Positions 38,097 to 51,330 of a stretch of DNA of 64,000 nt are shown here, in pieces. The notes under the pieces were generated by a model that searched no databases, was not told the DNA's origin, and worked only from the letters and a program-made list of their open reading frames with translations. Position 1 is the stretch's first letter; each line of letters begins with the position of its first letter. A program made the position numbers and the translations under genes. This DNA comes from Phyllobates terribilis. Its lineage: Eukaryota. The stretch covers positions 919,708,001-919,772,000 of the forward strand of contig NW_027362761.1 of the NCBI RefSeq assembly GCF_046119375.1, in the 5' to 3' direction.

Positions 38097-39015
38097 GGCT
38101 ATGTGCCCACGATGAAGAAATGCTCAGGATTTTTTCCTGAGCGTTTCTGCATCTCCCTGGCAGAAAAAAACGCATGCGGATTGTACATGCGGATTGTACA
38201 TGCGGATTGTACATGCGGATTGAACATGCGGATTGTACATGCGTTTTTCCTGCCAGGGACATGCGGAAATGGAGCGTTATTCACTGACATTTCCGCATGC
38301 GGATTGACAAGCGCTTTCCAAGCGATTAGCATCACTTGGAAAGTGCTTATGACAACTAGGTCACACTATATAAATCCATGCAAACAGCATGGATTTATAT
38401 ACTGTGACCGAGAGAGTGGTTAAAAATAAAAAAATAAATATATACTTACCCTCCGATGGCCCGCGCTGTCTTGCTTCGCTCGGTGCCGGCAGCGGTGGAT
38501 TGAAAGACCTGCCGACGTCAGCGTCGCGTGACCCATCACATGACTCTGATGTCAGCGCAGGTCCTTCAATCCACTGCAAAGTGCCGGGAAGAAAGGAGGA
38601 GTGCAGCGCGGGCCGCCGGAAGGTAAATATACATTTATTTTTTATTTTATTCTTTTTTTACAGATTTTTTAATGGTACCTGGGTGTGGATGAGACTCTCC
38701 TCTCCTCTACACCCGGGTACCATCCGCACATTAGAACGCGCCAATTACGCAAGTACAGATGCAGTCTTGCGGATTTGGCGCGATCTAATGCAAGTCAATG
38801 GCGGCGAAAACGCAGCAATTCCGCAAAATAATTGGTAGTGCTGCATTTTTTTCCGCAATGATAATCCGCAGCGGAAATTTCCGCAGCATGTGCACGGCAC
38901 ATGCGGATTATCATTGGGGAACACTGCTGCCCTTTTACCATGCGTTTTTAATGCATTTCCACAGCTGCAAAAACGCTGCAGAAACGCATTAAAAACGCAC
39001 CGTGGGCACACAGCC
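38097..39015. mobile_element. PIF/Harbinger-type non-autonomous element, copy 2, TAA TSD
   Basis: TAA|GGCTATGTGCCCA ... TGGGCACACAGCC|TAA; same 13-bp array as 9665-10636. Confidence 0.87.
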
Positions 39016-39915
39016 TAATACAAGTAAATGAAATAGAGTAGAAAAAAATTAATTTGCAAAGTACTCTTCAATGAAGGCTATGAGAGTTACAACAACTTTC
39101 TTAGACCTAAACACAGAGTTAATCATGCATGATTATCCACCCTTTCATCTCTTTTCAACTGAATAAGGCCATCTTTTGTGGGAAACCAGAGGTTCTAAGT
39201 TTATGCATTAAGAGGAGTTTCCAGTTATTACATAACTAGAAAATGTTTGACCCATAGCTAGTTTTAAAAGAGGTACTCTCAAAAATAGTGTCAAGTATTG
39301 TGCCCCCAATCATAGTTCCTCTAATAATTGCCATTACTATTATAACCTGTCCCTGTTATCACATCGGAAGCTGATGATTATATCATACCTTCCAACTTTT
39401 GAAGAACAGGAAGAGGGACAAATTTTGAGCACGCCTCTAGCCACACCACAAGCCACACCATTTACTATTTCTTTCAACACTGGCAAGAGGAGATGTCAGA
39501 GGGGCAGCAGCAGTGCCCAAGACTGCAGGGCATAGACCCAAATCTGGGACTGTCCTGCTGTATCCAGGACATTTAGGACTAGAGATAAGCGGATCGATTC
39601 ACAGGACTACGGTCCAGGGTCCAGATCAGTTTTACCTGGTGGTACCTGGAGGCTGGATGGAAGGCTATGAATCTTTGATTAGCAAGACGTCATTTGCGCA
39701 TCATGCTCATCTCTAGTTGGGACCTGTGGATTCATTTTTTGTTCATTCATTCACAGTCATAGCAGCCAGAATGTTCTCATTTTTATGTAAGTTTCACTAT
39801 ATGATGTCAGGCATTGTGGTGTCTGTAAGGCCGCGTTCACATGTTACATAAATACTGTTTTTTGCTTTCTGAAAGTTTCCACACCAAACTACGCAATAAC
39901 AATCTTCTCTGATTA

Positions 39916-41600
39916 CACAGGTCTGCGACTAAAAAGCTGTTTGTTTATTTTCATATAATTTCCATGTATTTTGGTGTTTTGATAACAAAAATTTTTTTTT
40001 AAAAAGTCCTAAACGTCAGGACTTCCCACAAAACTATAGGTTCTTCTGCAAACTCTGCAATCAATAGGAACTGCGTGATTGGCTGGTGGCAGTCAGGTGG
40101 TTAGTGACATAATGAAAGGTCCTTATGGTTTCAAGAAACTTGCATTGGAATTTCATTTCATTCATCAACCATGTCTCCCCAAATTAGTGTTATGGCTTTG
40201 CGGAAGTGTATTAATTCGCCTGACCGTTTCTGTTTCATTTGTGGTGAATATACAGTGTTGAATCAACAGCTGAATATTACAGACTTTGTGAAAAAAGTAT
40301 ACTTTGCATACTTCAGACTAAAACTTGGTGATCAAGATAAAGTTTGGGCGCCCCATAATGTGTGCAAATGGTGTGTTTCGCTTATGGGATTCCTATGGTA
40401 TGATGAGAGCAAAAGAACCACTTTTACTTTTGCTCATGCAATATGAAAAGGTATAATTCCAAATGGAAGCATTCCATTTCATACCTCAATCTTCACTCAG
40501 CAATTCATCCCATCCCCCATGGCACAGATATACCATTACCCAAGGCCCCTGCTACCTTGGAAGAGATACCTAGCTCCAATGTAGGTGGAATCATGCCTGA
40601 ACCACATGACGAATCAAGTTCTGACTTTGAAGATGATATAAGACCAAAAATTTTTTCCCAGGAGGTGATGAAGGATTTAGTAAGAGACTTGAATGTTCCC
40701 AAAGATGCCGCTGAGTTACTCGGATCAAAATCAGGAATTTATTATTACCAGGAGTGTCTTTTCCATGGTTCAGACATCGTGAAAAGGAGTTCGTTCCTTA
40801 CTTTGCCCAGGAAGAGAAGTTGGTTTATTGCATCGATGTCGAAGTTTTGATGCATCAATTCAAAAGCCAATATGATTCAGCGCAATGGCGTCTTTTTATA
40901 GATTCTTCAAAAAGAAGTCTCAAAGCAGTTTTACCCCACAATGGCGGTTTTTACACTTCCATCCCTGTAGGCCATTCCATAAACTTGAAGGAAACCTACG
41001 AGAGCTTGGAATTGGTTCTTCGTAAACTTAAATATGAAGACCACGGTTAGCAAGTGTGTGGGGATTTGAAGGTCTTGTGCATGCTGCTCAGGCAACAAGC
41101 TGGGTATACCAAATACCCTTGTTTTCTGTGTATGTGGGACAGTTGAGATCAAAAATATCACTGGACCAAGAAGAGTTGGCAGCCGAGGGTGCTCACAGTT
41201 TGTGAAAAAAATGTCCTCCGAGAAACTTTCGTACCTCCCTATAAAGTTCTTCTACCACCTCTCCACATAAAATTGGGCTAGATGAAGCAATTCATAAAAT
41301 CACTTCCAAGAGATGGGGAATGCTTCAAATACTTAGTCACCAAGCTTCCAAGCCTCTTGAAGGCAAAATTAAAGAAAGGTGTGTTCGTCGGACCAGACAT
41401 TGGAAGGCTTATAGCTGATAAAGAGTTTGTCAATACCATGATGGATCCTCAAAAAGAAGGGTGGATTGCATTTAAAGAGATCGTAGAGAAATTTTTAGGC
41501 AATAAAAAAGATCCCTGACTACTACTCATCGGACAAATGCTGAAAGCATTTTAAGCTTTAGGTTGCCTGATGAGTTTGAAAGTGCATTTCCTCCATTCCT
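39916..41600 (+). mobile_element. Chapaev3 (CMC) transposon, 3'-truncated; transposase pseudogene 40171-~41600
   Basis: Putative left end TTA|CACAGG. CINSPDRFCFICG; WAPHNVC; SAIHPIPH; DLVRDL; WRLFIDSSKRSLKAVL; CGDLKVL; YTKYPCFLCMWD; LPPLHIKLGLMKQF; FLGNK; GCLMSLKVHFLHS. Confidence 0.88.
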
Positions 41601-41601
41601 C

Positions 41602-43208
<1,607 letters not shown>

Positions 43209-43623
43209 TATGTGGTTGTCATGGACAACATGAAATTATATCAATCATATAATATGTTAATCATATGTCTACATAATATAAAGTCTAATTTCATTGTCCA
43301 TGATACCATCTGAGGTAAAAGCAGCACCAAATGCTAACAGCAGATAAAAAATTTGCATCCTAGATTCACGTCTGTATCAAAAAACATCAAATAAGCGGGA
43401 AAATGCAAAAAAGAAACAGCAAAAACGCAATAATCAGAGAAGATTGTTATTGTTTTGTTTGGTGCGGACACCTGCAGAAAACGCACAGAAAAAAAGCAGT
43501 AGAAAAAATGCATCATTTAGGCTACATTTGAATATGGTCTCAAAGTTACATTTTTATTATTTTTTTTATGGGTTTATTACAGAATTGCACCATTTTTTAC
43601 GACATTTACCGATCATCATAAAT

Positions 43624-44383
43624 AATGTTATCACTGTGTTATGATTACAGGAACATCAAATATGTCTGTTCTTTACTGATTTGTGATGTTTATTATTTTT
43701 TTTAAAAAGTGCATTAAAAATGATAATATTGTAATTATTTTTTATTATTTTTTAAGTAATTTTATAGGAAGAAAAGAAATCTTATTTTCCCTCTAGAATA
43801 CAGGGACATAGAAATACACTGCTATGTACAGATGTATCACTATGTATCTGTATAATCTGCCTGTGGGTTTGGTGGTTAGTATACAAAATTCTCCCAGTGA
43901 CGTTCCTGGAGCCTGTGGCTCAAAGCTTTAGCTGTTGTCTGCAATTATAGAGGTTGCGAGTTCAAGTCCCAGGGAGACTCACAAAAAAAGAGAAAATAAC
44001 ATTAATGTTATCACTGTGTTATGATTACAGGAACATCAAATATGTCTGTTCTTTACTGATTTGTGATGTTTATTATTTTTTTTAAAAAGTGCATTAAAAA
44101 TGATAATATTGTAATTATTTTTTATTATTTTTTAAGTAATTTTATAGGAAGAAAAGAAATCTTATTTTCCCTCTAGAATACAGGGACATAGAAATACACT
44201 GCTATGTACAGATGTATCACTATGTATCTGTATAATCTGCCTGTGGGTTTGGTGGTTAGTATACAAAATTCTCCCAGTGACGTTCCTGGAGCCTGTGGCT
44301 CAAAGCTTTAGCTGTTGTCTGCAATTATAGAGGTTGCGAGTTCAAGTCCCAGGGAGACTCACAAAAAAAGAGAAAATAACATT
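43624..44383. repeat. Apparently identical 380-bp tandem duplication
   Basis: AATGTTATCACTGTG...AAAATAACATT at 43624-44003, repeated from 44004; no difference seen by eye. Confidence 0.92.
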
Positions 44384-44410
44384 TCTGTAATTCTCTTTTT
44401 AATATATTTT

Positions 44411-44518
44411 AGTAACATAGCAGCATAGTAACATAGTTGTTAAGGTTGAAGGAAGACTAAGTCCATCTAGTTCAACCCATAGCCTAACATGTTGATCCAG
44501 AGGAAGGCAAAAAAAAAA
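44411..44518 (-). mobile_element. CR1 LINE 3' tail fragment
   Basis: Reverse complement GGATCAACATGTTAGGCTATGGGTTGAACTAGATGGACT..CTTCAACCTT..CTATGTTACTATG; matches 59585-59645. Confidence 0.85.
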
Positions 44519-45280
44519 CATGTGGCAAACACTACGCTCCAGAAGAGAGCAGACAGAAGAAAATTGCTTATTTCATTTATGTAAGTGTGAGCAGAGATGC
44601 CGGCCCTGCCTCTGAGGGGCTATGGAGATGGCGAAGAGAGTGAGAGGATGTCAGGATAAATCCTTGACCTACTGGGACAGTTCTTCTGAAACCGGGATTA
44701 TTGGGAGCTATGATGAATAATATCATTACACTGCACCAGTCTATGTAATAAGACTGCACTTAGTAGGCCACAGGCTAAGCCTTATAACAACTCCTCCCCG
44801 AATATCCTCATGTTTTTTTAATCTTATTTTCTTTCATTTTATATTCTTAATTTCTTTCATTTTATATTCTTTCATTTTAAATTCAAAACTACGAGAAATA
44901 AATATGTCTTTTATGGCTGTCTTGGAAAATCAGACATTTTACACAGATCATCCTCAGCTAAATACTGACTGTCTGACTAAGGCTGTAAAGGGACCCTGAT
45001 TTGACCAGCAGACAAGAAAACAATGTCTTTCATCTTGGCACCTTATAGCTGACATCTTCTCTGATTGGAGCTGTTCCCATCCCTTTTGTCTGAACGCAGT
45101 ATTGATGCCATAATATTGACGCCATGATGAGATTTCAAGCCCAAAGCTTGTCTCTGCAGATTTTCCTCTTCAACAGTAGTTACCGACACTGTGTCTTTAA
45201 AATAAAAGTATCTTTATAATGCCCCATAAATATAAAAGTGTTGAATGCTGTGCCCCTGAAAAAATAATTGCTCCTCCTTG

Positions 45281-46605
45281 CAGGGCCGGTGTCAGCACCC
45301 GGGCAAGTGCCAGGGCCCTGAGCAGGCCCACTCGCGGTCGGGCACCCGGCCGGGAAATGGGCGGAGGAAATCTGTGCCAGTGCCCGCCCTTCTCCCCCGC
45401 TTTCTCAGGGCTCCGGCAGTCGGATACTTACCTCTCCCGGTGCCTCCGCAGATCCACTGTCTTCCTGCTGTGCGCTCCCTGTGATGTCTCAGGTCAGAGG
45501 GCGCAGTTGACGTCTTTCCACCGTGCCCTCCCCTGAGCCGTCACAGGCAGAGCAGAGCGGGAAGACGCCGGCGACGCTGGAGTCCAGACCTGAGCAGCGG
45601 CAGCAGATGAGGAGGAGTGAGGTGAGTATTTGATTTTTTTAATGTATGGAGGCATGGGGCATTATATGGGGGGGTGACATGCTGCATGGGGCATTATAAA
45701 GAGGGGGGGTGACATCCTGCATGGGACATTTTAAAGAGAGGTGGGTGATATCCGGCATGGAGCATTATATGGTGGGGGAAAGGGACATCATGCATGGGGC
45801 ATTATATAGGGGGGAAAGGACATCCTGCATGGGGCATTATATGGGGGGGAGAGGGGACATCCTGCATGGGGCATTATATGGGGGGGAAGGGACATCCTGC
45901 ATGGGGCATTATATGGGGGGGTGACATCCTGCATGGGGCATTATATGGGGGGGTGACATCCTGCATGGGGCATTATATGGGGGGTGACATCCTGCATGGG
46001 GCATTATATGGGGGGTGACATCCTGCATGAAGCATTATATGGGGGGGAGAAGTGATATCCTGCAGGGGGCATCATATGGGGGGGAGTGACATCCGGCATG
46101 GGGCATTATATAGGGGGTGACATCCTGCATGGGGAATTATAAGGGGGGGAACAGCCTGCATGGGGCACTATGTAGGGGGAACAGCCTGCTTGGAGCATTA
46201 TAAGGGGACCAGTATCCAGTACAGAGCGTTATATGGGGGCCAGTATCCTGTACGGAGCGTTTTATGGGGGCCAGTATCCTGTACGGAGCGTTTTATGGGG
46301 CCAGTATTCTGTATGGAGCATTATATGGGGGCCAGTATTCCGTATGGAGCATTATATGGGGGCCAGTATTCTGTATGGAGTATTATATTGGGGCCAGTAT
46401 ACTGTGTGGAGTGATTCGCCGGTTTCTGAGCTATTGTGGAATTTACAACAGATATCACTCATGTAATGTAAGAAGTGAAATCTTCGGCATTGTACTATAT
46501 ATATATTTCTCTGTGGTATCTGAGCATCATGAATCATGGTATGTGTTAAAGGGCCCCACTGAGACTCTTTCACCCGGGGCCCAGAAAAACCTGGAGCCGG
46601 CCCTG
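45281..46605. mobile_element. Non-autonomous hAT (CAGGGCCGG termini), 1325 bp, containing G-rich minisatellites (45650-46400)
   Basis: CAGGGCCGG...CCGGCCCTG; 8-bp TSD CCTCCTTG / TCTCCTTG; (GACATCCTGCATGGGGCATTATATGGGGGGT)-type repeats. Confidence 0.85.
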
Positions 46606-46955
46606 TCTCCTTGTACTTTCTGTATAAAATATCCCCCACACTGTCACTCTCTATAATATCCCCCTACACTGCCCTCTGAATAATATCCCCCACATTGCCT
46701 CTCTGTAAAAAATTCCCCCACCCACACTACCCCTCTGTATAATATCCTCCACACACACTACTCCTCAGTGTAATTCCCCCCATACACACAATAACCATGT
46801 ATATAATATCCCCATACAACCACACACACACACTACACCTTGCTATGCTATACTGTGCCCCCTTTCACAAATACTCCATTGTACCATAATGTGCCCTCAC
46901 TGTAACATTCTGCCTCATACCCCCTTCATTTCCCTCCCCTCCCATCTATAGTAAT

Positions 46956-47723
46956 TGTCAGGAAACATAATCTTCAGGTCCTCCAAGGAGCGCTTACCGT
47001 TCCACACCATGTCCTGTTGTGAGATGGTAATTAATAGACATTGTTGCAGTATCGGACTTCAGCCACAACAGGTCACTGTTGCCTCTTGAATAGACTCTAT
47101 TGAAGACCTCATGGAGTTTTTCAGTTTGAGCAGAGAGCTGACTGGAGGAGAATGATCCACTGGCATCCTGGGAGCTCAGAGTTCGCTGTGTTCCAGAAAC
47201 TGACCAGAGTACTGGAGAAATATGTACATGTTCCCGTGACTCCTGTTAGAGAGAAAGAATCACTTTGGTAGGTTAACTACGGTTGGATGCAGAGTTGGAT
47301 TTCCCCCAAGGCATCTGCTGTGACGTGGAGGGCCTCCTGCTTGCCTATCAAGCTAAAACTACACTCCAGATGACAAGTCCAGGATCCACTCCTCGGCCTC
47401 CCAGCTAAACGGCCGAATGGACAATCAGCCAGCCTCATCAGTTACTAGTTTATGGCCAATATGTCCTGGGCTCAGGCTCAATCACAGGAATACTAGTGGG
47501 AGCGTGCATGCAGACTTAGAGAGAGTTTGGCAGCAAACGTAGATTCTCAGCTAAAGACATTGTTTGCTAGTAGAACTGTGTAACCACAGCTAACTACTGA
47601 CCTCATTAGGGAGAACTTGTATACATATAGCCTAACAGAATTGTAATCTTAGAGAATTGTTAAGTTTATGAATCTCTGCATTGTACCACTACAGGGACCG
47701 CCTCTTGCATCCATCTAATTACA
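46956..47723 (-). mobile_element. Putative 3' LTR (768 bp) of a truncated LTR element, preceded by a polypurine tract
   Basis: Minus strand: ORF stop, then AAGGGCAAAGG (47724-47734), then TGTAATTAG ... CCTGACA. No partner LTR in the window. Confidence 0.45.
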
Positions 47724-49123
47724 CCTTTGCCCTTGGTTAACTCTCGGTTACCGCATTAGGTAGAAGCACAGGTCAGGCAAATTAGAGTGTATCCGATAGA
47801 ACGTCCTGGGCCTATTGGTTGTGCAGCGAAGGGGTCCTAGTCGACAAGGGTTAGGTGTGTTTGAAATTAACTGTGTTTGTTTCTTGGGCAGTCGGGATAA
47901 CTCAGGTTCCGTTGTTAGTAAAAAGTAGTTCCTTGACAATTTGTCTGGCCGTGTTCTAAGTCATCGGCCCGCTGTATTCTGGGAGAGACCACCCCGGTAC
48001 ACAGTCTACACTGTCCTCCTCTGCGGGGCACTCAGCACTGCTTTGTCAGTAGCAGTGTGATGTGAACAGAAGTATGCTGATGTAATAGTGGGGAAGGACG
48101 TAGCCTTCCTTTGGCACTGAAGTAGTTAAAGGGAGTGTTCCCATAGTTAAACCTCTCTGAACAGTTGGTAGGCCAAGCTAAAGGGTTAGCTTCAGTGGTC
48201 TAGTCAGTAGAGTAGAGGGGGAACTTAGTGCCCTGATCAAGCCTTGAGTGTTTATAGAGCTTGTTCCTGGCATAATTCCTTGTGGGCTGCAGTACTTGTA
48301 ACCAGCCACAAGATGTCACTGTTCTGGGTGCAGATGTCAGATTGAGTCTGCCAGCAGTGTTACAGATAGTGATGGGGTTAATGCTGTGTGATGACAGCCC
48401 ACAGAGGGTGGGCACATTAGGAAAATCTCTGCTTAGTTTCCAGAAGCAGGAAGTGATGGGTAGTAAGAGATAGGACAGTGAACTGTACGGGCAGCCTGAA
48501 TATATGGTGGCTGCTAGGGTAGACGGGAGCTCCATACCCTCAGACAGTGGGATCAATAGTGCAAAAGTCTCCCTATGCAAGAGTCCTGTTGGCCAGCCGG
48601 AGAAACTCAACGGAGGTATTGAGTAGTGTTGAGCCACCCCCGTAGTGTTCGAGTTCGGTTCGGTTCGTCGAACACCCGTGTGTTCGCCGAACTGTTCGTC
48701 GAACTGTTCGTCGAACACCTTCGAACACCGTTAAAACCAATGGCAGGCAAACAAAAACACATAGAAACACATAGAAAACACCTTCAAAGGTGTCCAAAAG
48801 CTGACAAACTGCTCAGAAGACACAACTAACACATGGAAAAGTGACAAGTACATATAGTCATGCGAAAAGAAAAGAGGTGGAGGAGTAAAAGGAGGGGGAG
48901 ACACAGATATAGGCATGTCATGCCCTTCTAAAATCCAAAAAGTGAGAAGCCGAGACGGCCAGTCCGCTCCTGCCCGTGCCACCTCCGTGTCGCCAGGTTT
49001 GTGCCAGAGCCGCGGTGAACCCTGACGGCCAGCCCCCCTCTCCCAATACTGGTGCCTGTCCGCTGGTGGGTCGAGAGAGCCCCCCTGTGGTGGAGGCAGC
49101 TCTAAGCTTTTTAATTTAAATTG

Positions 49124-49400
49124 TCCCTCTAATTTGAATGAATACACTTTAAATCCATTTACAAGGATCTATTGGAGGGCAAGTCTCATGCCAGCAGCCG
49201 CGTAATTCCAGCTCCAGTAGCGTCCACTAAAGCTGCTGCAGTTAAAAAGCTTTTATAAGGATCGAGCTCGGCTGTCCACCGCAAGGCATCCTAGTGCCAG
49301 TCCCAGCCCCTATGCCTTGGGGTGCCTCCTGATGCTCTTCACTAAGTATCCCGTGGTCCCGAAGCATTTCCTTTGAAAAAATGAAGTGTCCAAACTACAG
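49124..49400 (+). rRNA. Degenerate 18S rDNA fragment (~275 bp; non-functional) spanning the conserved GCCAGCAGCCGCG(G)TAA region and the start of V4
   Basis: TAAT..GAATGA..ACACTTTAAATCC...ATTGGAGGGCAAGTCT..TGCCAGCAGCCGCGTAATTCCAGCTCCA.TAGCG....TAAAG.TGCTGCAGTTAAAAAGCT...GATGCTCTT...CCCGAAGC.TTT.CTTTGAAAAAAT, matching vertebrate 18S from memory, with many CpG-decay changes. Confidence 0.92.
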
Positions 49401-49504
49401 GTGGTGTAGCTTGCTTAACAGCCGGGATAATCCGCTGACTAGCAGACACTGCTACTAGGCACAAAGTATTTCCTGGGCTAGATGCAGTTAAAAATTTGTA
49501 AGTA

Positions 49505-51330
49505 GATACTCTCGTTGGATGCTGAGAAAGCATTCCATAGAGTCTCCTGGCACGCCATATATGATTCTCTTAAAAAGCTTGGGGTAGGGGTCTAGGGGAC
49601 CCTTTTATAGCCAAAATCACGGCCCTGTATCACAATACGTCACCTAGGCTGAAGATAAATGGAACTGTAGCACCGAGGGCTCGGTTGCTACAGACGTATT
49701 GCACCTCACCCAGAGGTGTGATATCTCACTCTCAGATAAGGATGGAGTGTGGATCAGGACCCGACACCTGCATGCATTACACCACATTGCCGTGGGGCAG
49801 GGCGACCAATATGCCCCTGAGATGGGCACGACAGTCCCTGTCCCTGGCTGGAGTGGGGGGAGGGAACACTGAGGAAGGGGAACCCTGCAGTGCAGGAGCA
49901 GGGAGGAAGCAGTTCCTGGGTGCATTGAGAAGGGAGTATAAAAGGTGGGCACCATCTTAGTTCAGTGCAGAGAAGTCTGAGCAGAAGTGGCAGGGAGCAG
50001 GGGCTCTGCATGAGCTCTGCTCCGGAGGCGGGCCTAGTAACAGAGGCCCAGGCCTGCAAGAGGGAGAAGGAAGGAAGAGGAGCGGAGAAGGCTCCAGGAA
50101 CGAGGAATGAAGGGATCCCAGGGGTGCGGACGGGCGAGTCGCCACCGCACGTCCGAATCCACCTGCGTGGAGGGGTCAGGCCAAAGGGGGAGACCGGTCC
50201 CCGAACTAGTGGAGGCAGGAAACGACCCTCAGCTAGAAACCGGAGGCTCTGACATTTTATGTGGCGCAGCCCCTTGCTCCACCCGCTAGGAAGGCACCAC
50301 ATAGGGTCAGGGAAACTGGCGCCAAGTTTACCAAGAGGAGGCCCGAGGCAGCCGGACAGAAGTGTTGGTAAGAAAGGCCAGACAAAGGACACACAAAGGG
50401 GGTCCTGTGAAGCGCTCCAAAGTTATCTGGGAGTTGTCTGAGCCCCTCACCTGGTGAGCACAGTACGACGTGGGCAGCCGTTACCTGCAGACGTGGTCTG
50501 GATAATAAGAACTGTGAGTAAAGGCCCTGAACTGCATCACTGACTCCGTGTCGTTACTGCTGCTGCCCTGCACCATCACCCCCATCCTCCGCATACACTG
50601 CCCTGAGGCTATACTCCTCCCGTGGGGAGTTATGCTACGCTCTGCTGCACCCACAACACCAGCCTTAGCGGTCTGCCCTGTAGCGGCGGTTCACTCTGAC
50701 CGCAATCCACGGGTGGCGTAGTCGGACATTTAAACATCAAAACCACATAAATAGTTCCGCCACTGGTTTGACCGCCCTGAGCCACGGAACCGGATCGCCG
50801 CCACGAAGACTACAACCACCAGCATCCACCAAAAAGGGTCCGGCTCCGGGTGTCCCAAGGCCCAGGGGGTGCGTCAGAACATTTTCATCACCTTTCACAA
50901 TCACCAATGGGACAAGGCAGGGATGTCCTCTGTCCCCTCTCTTATACATCCTAGTGACGGAGCACCTGCTCTCATCAATTCGCCATAACCCCAATATTAG
51001 GTGGATTGAGGTGGGAGGCACCGAGTACAAGTGCTCTCTATTTGCTGATGATGTCCTAGTATATATCACTCAATCACATATATCCATCCCTGCTGTTATG
51101 GCTGAAATAGATCACTTTGTTACATGGTAAAATTTTAAAATCAATGCAGCGAAGTCTGAGGCCCTCGATGTCTCCCTCCCTAAATCCATATAGGATTCCA
51201 TCCAGTCCAACTTTCCCTTTGCCTGGCCCTCACAGGGTATCAAATACTTAGGAATTCCTATTCATAGAGACCTCTCCCATCTATGTTATCTTAATTTTGG
51301 GCCCTTTATTGAACAATTCCATACAGACCA
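49505..51330 (+). mobile_element. L1/Tx1-clade LINE RT fragment, split by a solo LTR
   Basis: LSLDAEKAFHRVSW...KINGT|FSSPFTITNGTRQGCPLSPLLY...LFADDVL...KIN..KSE...IKYLGI. The frame is restored when 49666-50880 is removed. Confidence 0.9.
49666..50876 (+). mobile_element. Solo LTR, 1211 bp, 4-bp TSD GAAC (gypsy-like)
   Basis: TGTAGCACC...GGTGCGTCA; GAAC at 49662-49665 and 50877-50880; TATAAAA at ~49937. Confidence 0.88.

Noticed and set aside
43909-43975. tRNA gene
   Set aside because: A/B-box-like motifs are present, but no cloverleaf could be folded by eye.
45709-46656. Gly/Tyr/His-rich ORFs (MGHYMGG repeats)
   Set aside because: G-rich minisatellite inside a non-autonomous hAT.
48945-49120. 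28S rDNA expansion-segment origin for the GC-rich piece beside the 18S fragment
   Set aside because: Only a short resemblance on the minus strand (GGGCAGGAGCGGACTG); left unassigned pending BLAST.
49186-49210. Bacterial 16S or contaminant, because of the universal GCCAGCAGCCGCG motif
   Set aside because: The flanking sequence (ATTGGAGGGCAAGTCT, GCTGCAGTTAAAAAGCT, GGATCGAGCT) is eukaryotic, vertebrate-type 18S and is decayed in place.
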